Virus record (IMG/VR): IMGVR_UViG_3300039098_000035
Coordinates: 17,832-81,831 of that record
Source: a virus
Reading direction: 5' to 3' (one strand)
DNA: 64,000 nucleotides
The first letter of the stretch is position 1; each line of letters begins with the position of its first letter. The translations under genes were made by a program, and so were the position numbers. Positions 23,701-29,700 of this stretch are shown here, one piece after another. A model generated the notes under the pieces. It worked only from the letters and a program-made list of their open reading frames with translations, was not told where the DNA came from and searched no databases.

Positions 23701-26700
23701 TGCAGTGACTATATCTTTTTTAAGACTGTCTGATATTTTAACGTTTACATCAAGTTCTTTAAGTAGGCTTTCTGTATTTTTAGTGCTGTGCAAGTCTTTA
23801 AGTTTCTTAAGACTGTAGTAGTTAATACCTCTAATCTTACCTAGCTTACGTGCGTTTTTATGTGCATTCTTTTTCTTGTGTCCTGCACGTATAGTTTTAT
23901 ACGTAGATACTAATCTATGCTGTAGTGTAACTCCATCTTTTTTCTTATCGAACTCATCTTGCATTTTAATAATAGTTTTAACAGCTTGATTTATTTTATT
24001 AGGACCGTAAGGTTTAATATATGCTTTAGCATGTGGAGGCGCTACTTCTAGTAGTGCTTGTTGTCTTTCACGCATTTCATCAGGTGTGATGTACCATTCT
24101 AGTCCTTCTTTATGCTTGCGTTTTAAAATGTGCATCATGTCTGTATGTAGCTTATGTCCACGTTTAAGCTTGTGCATGAAATCGTATACAGTATCACGTA
24201 CATTGTTAAGGTTCCTTAAGAAGTCCTGGTTCAATACATTAGAGAAATCAAATGACATCTCAGATGCATTGTACTTAGTCTGCATCTTTTCTAATGCAGT
24301 ACGGATGTTCTCAAGTAGTGTTTTAGATCCTACAGTAATACCTTTAAGCTCTGCTAGTTTAACGGTATCGATTTTATCTTCTAGTTTACTAAGGTCAAAC
24401 AGATCCCCATTAGAATTTCTACGGATGTACTCGTCTTTAAAGAATAGATTAGCTATCACATCGATAGAATATTTATCGAACTCAGTGTCAGCTCCTACAT
24501 ACTTCAGGAACTCCATGAAAGCTGCTTCAAGTTCAGCATCTTTTTCTAACTGCTTATATACTGAAGAACTATTGAATGCTACATTAGTTAACGTACCTTT
24601 ATTAATTGCTGTATGTTTCTCTTTTAGTTCGGAGTATTTCAAGAACTCATCTACAGTTTCATCAATGCTCATTTTCTTTTTCTTAGCTACACTTATAAGT
24701 TTGTTTATATCATTGAGGTATTTTTCAATACGTACCTTGCTACCTTTAACATTAATTATATTTGGGTTAACTTCACCTAGTATCTTACCGTTTACTACTT
24801 TAGTAGTGTACTTGTATACATTAACGTATTTACCTATCTTATGCATTTTAGTAATGTCGCCATGCTCTTCATCAGTTAATATGAATACTTTACCTATGTT
24901 GGCTACACCTTGTGTCTCTCTAATAGTTGCTTTGATTTTATTTATAACTCTTTCTGGGAATACATCTTTATTGTCAGTAACGATTGTAATACCATAGTCA
25001 CTAGCACTGCGTACTTCGAAAGAAGCTCCTTCAAAGGAACCTTTCATTGTTGCTTTTAAATGCGTTGTAAGTCTATTAGCGTATACTATATCATTCTCAT
25101 CTATAATGTTCTCACCTATCTCAGTGTTGTAGTTAGGTAACCCTTTAACATTCTTATCATTGACGTTCAATTTACCATTGATATCTTTACGTTTAACAAC
25201 TACATACTTCTTAGACTTAACGTCAAATGCCATAGCATAGTCTTCAAAATCTGTGCTGTATGTGCTGTGTATGATTGATGATATACTACTTGGGTTTGCT
25301 TTAAGGAACTTGAAGAATGGCACAGGATCTTTTAACTTAGCATCCTTAGCTATTTTTTGTATCCTAGTATATGCACTGATACGCTCAGTAAGATCTTTAA
25401 CTTCAGTACCAACTCTTTTAATACGTACTTTGTACTTATCAGGATTCTTTTTAAATCCATCAAGTATTTTTTTTGAATGTTTTAATCTCTTTTGTAATTT
25501 AGTTATGTTTCTATCCAATGCAAAACCTTTAGATACTTGGTGTTTATAAAAGAATATCTCACGGAACAGTCCTTGTTTAGTTTCTTCAGGCATCTTAGAG
25601 CCCATGATATACAATGCAAACAATGCATCAGGATCTTTAGGCTTGGCTACTTGTTTGCCATTAACATCGATTGTTTGTATCTTCTTGTTGAGTATATCTT
25701 TAGTTGCTTTAGTATACAGCCCTGTAACATTCTCTTTAAGATATTCAGCTATGTTAGCTTTGAAATCTTTCTGTGCCTTACTACGTTTACGCGTGTTAAG
25801 GAATGTATCTAAGGATAGTGATCGTTGGAGATAGTTGTACTGTGGGTCCACAAGTAGATTGTAGTCTTCTTCAGTACTATCACGTAAGTAAGCTTCCTTA
25901 GGGATGTCTACTATATCCTCTATCAATAGGTTTCCATATTTATTAATTAACCCATTGTATTCTATTTCAATTCTGTTATTGATGTCTTGTACTACCTTGA
26001 TATCTTTATTCTTACCTACCCTGATACGTAGGCCATAGATATCTTTTATATTAACATGGTACTCAAGTAACATTGTGAACATATTTATTGTTCTGACACC
26101 AGTATCAGTCTTAATAGTAAATATTACTTCATCATTCTTAAGTCCATAGTCTGTAACTTTTCCAGGATCTAACTTAAGTTTACTTGCACGATCTGTTTCA
26201 ATATATTTATTCAATAGGAACATTACCTGGAATAGTGGAACCTCAAGTTTGTTTATATCTGTATCATTATTGAAATCCAGCTTACCGTAGTTCATTATGT
26301 CTTTAATTAGTGTATCATACTTAGCGTCCCCTATTATCATAGCCTTTACTACGTCTCTAGCTAGGGTATAGTATCTGTCGGACAGTCCTACAATATCTTT
26401 TTGTTCATATGCACGTATGGATGCCATGATACTAGATATTTTTTTGTGGGTTCTATTGAAACTGTTAGTAAGAAGCGCTTCATTAGTCTTAGCTATTGCA
26501 TCTTTAAAGATGCCCTCATAGACACCTGCTTTAAAGTGTCCATCAGGATCATTGATTAAGTTTTCAATAAACACATCTATATCTTCTTCTTCAAAGCCTA
26601 GGTCTTTATTTAATTGGAAGATATCTAGGTAAGGGCTGTTAGTATGTGTACTCATATATTCTTCTACAGAGGTATACATACTTTTATAAAGCATTTCTTT

Positions 26701-29700
26701 GTATTTAGATTCCTGCTTTTTATTTACTTCTACGTATGTGCTTATTTTTCTACCGCGTTTATAGTTTTCTGCAAGTACTCTTACTTTGAACGCTTGGTCT
26801 ACTTCATTGGGGTACCTCTTAAGTCCTACACGGTTTAAGTACTTCCAATCAAATTTAATATTGTCTCCAATGTCTAGCATTTGTCCGAACATCTTTATAA
26901 CATAATCATAATGTCCTTTCGATACACGTCCTTCAACTTTCAGTACCTTGAAATAATCTGTAAGTTTACTGATGTCTTTTGTGTTGTGATCTATATACTT
27001 AGACGGGACTACACCAAACTCTATAGGTACTACTTTAGTAGTGTACTTGTTACTTAAGATACCCTTAACATACTTCACAGTTTTAGTGGTGCCTTTTCCC
27101 CCCACTACTGTACTGTGTTTAATGGATGGTATCAGGTTAAACATATTCTTTTTCTTAATTTTATTTACAATAGACGCTTTACTGTTCTCTAGTCTAGTGT
27201 CTACTCTACCTTTAATACGTTCCTTACGTGCTTGCTCAAGCTTACGTCTGGATTTTATTTCTTTAAGAGCTACTGATTTTGTAACAGCACGCTGTTCTAC
27301 TGCAGTAGCATTATCGTTATGCTTGTTTAAAATATATGCCGCTTCTTCAGTTACACTTCTTGTATTTAGTAAGTATTTAACTACTGTACCTTCTTTATAC
27401 GTGTTGATATAGTCTGTCTCCGTGTATACTGCTTTAGTTCCCCTTATTTTTTTAACTTCATTTTTAGTAGGTATTCTAGGAAGGATCTCACGATCAACAT
27501 CTGCTGACATAAATAAACTAATGTCTTCTTTAACTACTCTACCTGAATACATATATGATTTAAAGAATTCATATGTAGGGTTCTTACGCATGAGAGTATT
27601 TACAAGATTTATTTCAGCTTGTAAGACATTTTTGAATTCTTCATAAGCATCGGTTCCTTTTTTAGACTGTAGCAATGTTACAAGTTCTTTATCTGCCTCT
27701 GTGAATAATTTAATAGCAGCATTCATCTTGTCTCGGAACAGTGAGTTACCTTTACCATACATTTTACCGTACACTATTTCTTGTAGCTTAGCTTCAGTTA
27801 GGTCCTGTAATTGTACACGTTCAATATGTATTCCATCAGACATCATAATTTTATTTATGTTAGTATATATCTTATTAAGTACATCTCCAGAAAGAACTTC
27901 AGCTACATTGTCTTCAGTTACAAGGTTAGTTTTGTTTATAAGCTCACGTATAGTATCTATACGTTTCTTTGCATCCCACTTTCTCCAGTTGGGTTTAGTT
28001 ATATTTACAGGTACTTTAACAATACCTGCCATTAATAAACTTACATCAGATGTTTTTAATGTTTTGTATATTGCTTTAGTAACCGCTTGTTGTAATGTTG
28101 GCCTGTATTCTATATCTATATTTCCTTTTACTTTTAATTTTCCTAGCAAGATTGTTTTAAGTGATGCCCCTTTTTGGGTTACTCCCTGTGCATCTTCATA
28201 GTAGTATGCTGCATCAATACCAAACATAGCTGCTATTTTATCCAGCTCATCTAGTGCTTTCGTATCCTTACTGAAGTAATCTTGTAGCAGTTTAGATACA
28301 TCCATTGTGGCTTCTTTAATTTTTACGTTTGTACCAGGTACCGCTGTAGTTGTGCTTACATTAGTATATGCTTTATATACATTAACAAGTCGCAGTAAAT
28401 TAATAAGTGTTTTGTTTAAATCGGAAGCGGTATCAGACATAACACCATTTGCTGTATGTAAAAGAGATAACACTTTATTAACTGCCGTGCTATATTTAGT
28501 GTGGTACAAGTAATAAGTAACAGCACTATTTTGTGCCAAGTATTTTTTAAGGTCATCATTTTTAAACCTTCGTTTAACAACTTCTTCTATTGTTTGTCCC
28601 GTGCGTTCAATGGCATCTTTGTATAGTTTTATCTCTTTTTGTATATCTTTTAAAGTGTCCTTATTTACCCTTACTTTAATACCACTTCCGCTTAAGTATT
28701 CAATAGGGGCAAGATCTATAAGGGCTTTGTCCTTTTCATACGTACGTTTTCTTTTTTCAATTAGGCGTTTAGATTCTTCTATATCTCTGCGTATATCTGC
28801 ATACTCTTTTTTAACATCCTCACTAAGTAGCTCTGCTTTGTCTGATAGTATTTTGTCTAAGTGCTCATTCAAGTTTGCAACACGTTTAAACATATCGTCA
28901 AGTGTGTCATTACTTTTGTTAACGTCATCTTTATTATTTAATGCCTCTGATATTTGTGGGTTCTTGTATATGGTATCTATATTAGTAATTAATTTTTCTA
29001 AGTTAGTTATTGTTTCTGCTTGCATTTTTGTAGATGTGGAAGTACGTCTAGATTCTACCCATTTACCTACAGCAAAACGTAACCCTTTTATTGCGGTGGA
29101 TACAGGGTTCGTTACATGAGTGATAGCAGTAGCCACGGTATCGATAGTGTCCATATGTGCACGCATACCAGCGTACCTACTGTACATAATTGCTGCGTTT
29201 TTAGTATCAATAGTAATATCCATATCTTGTATAAATTTAGCCACTAATGTACTTTCATCAGCTCTATCTTTATAGACTTCTTTAAGGGCTCCTAATGTTC
29301 TAGTAACACCTCGTACAAATAGTCTACTCTCGTCATCAAGATCTTTACGTCCTTTGATACGCTTGTATTTATTGTATGCTTTTTGGAATGCTGTTTTTTG
29401 TGCATCAGATCCTACGTTATATTTAAAAGTACCTTTAGTAAATATTTCATTAAACATTTTTACTATTGCTTTATACTGTACATCTATATCTATAGTACGG
29501 TATTCAGCTTTACCGGTCGCATCTTTAACATTGTTCCCTGTTAAATCCATCAATAGTTTACGGACACCTTCAGGACCTTCTTTGATATAGCTGTGGACAA
29601 GACGTTGCATTTGTGAACGCCTATAATCTGCGCCATATTTATGTGCAAAAATACCGTGGTTATCTACAAGCTTACCAATATCATTTGTTTTAGCGATGCC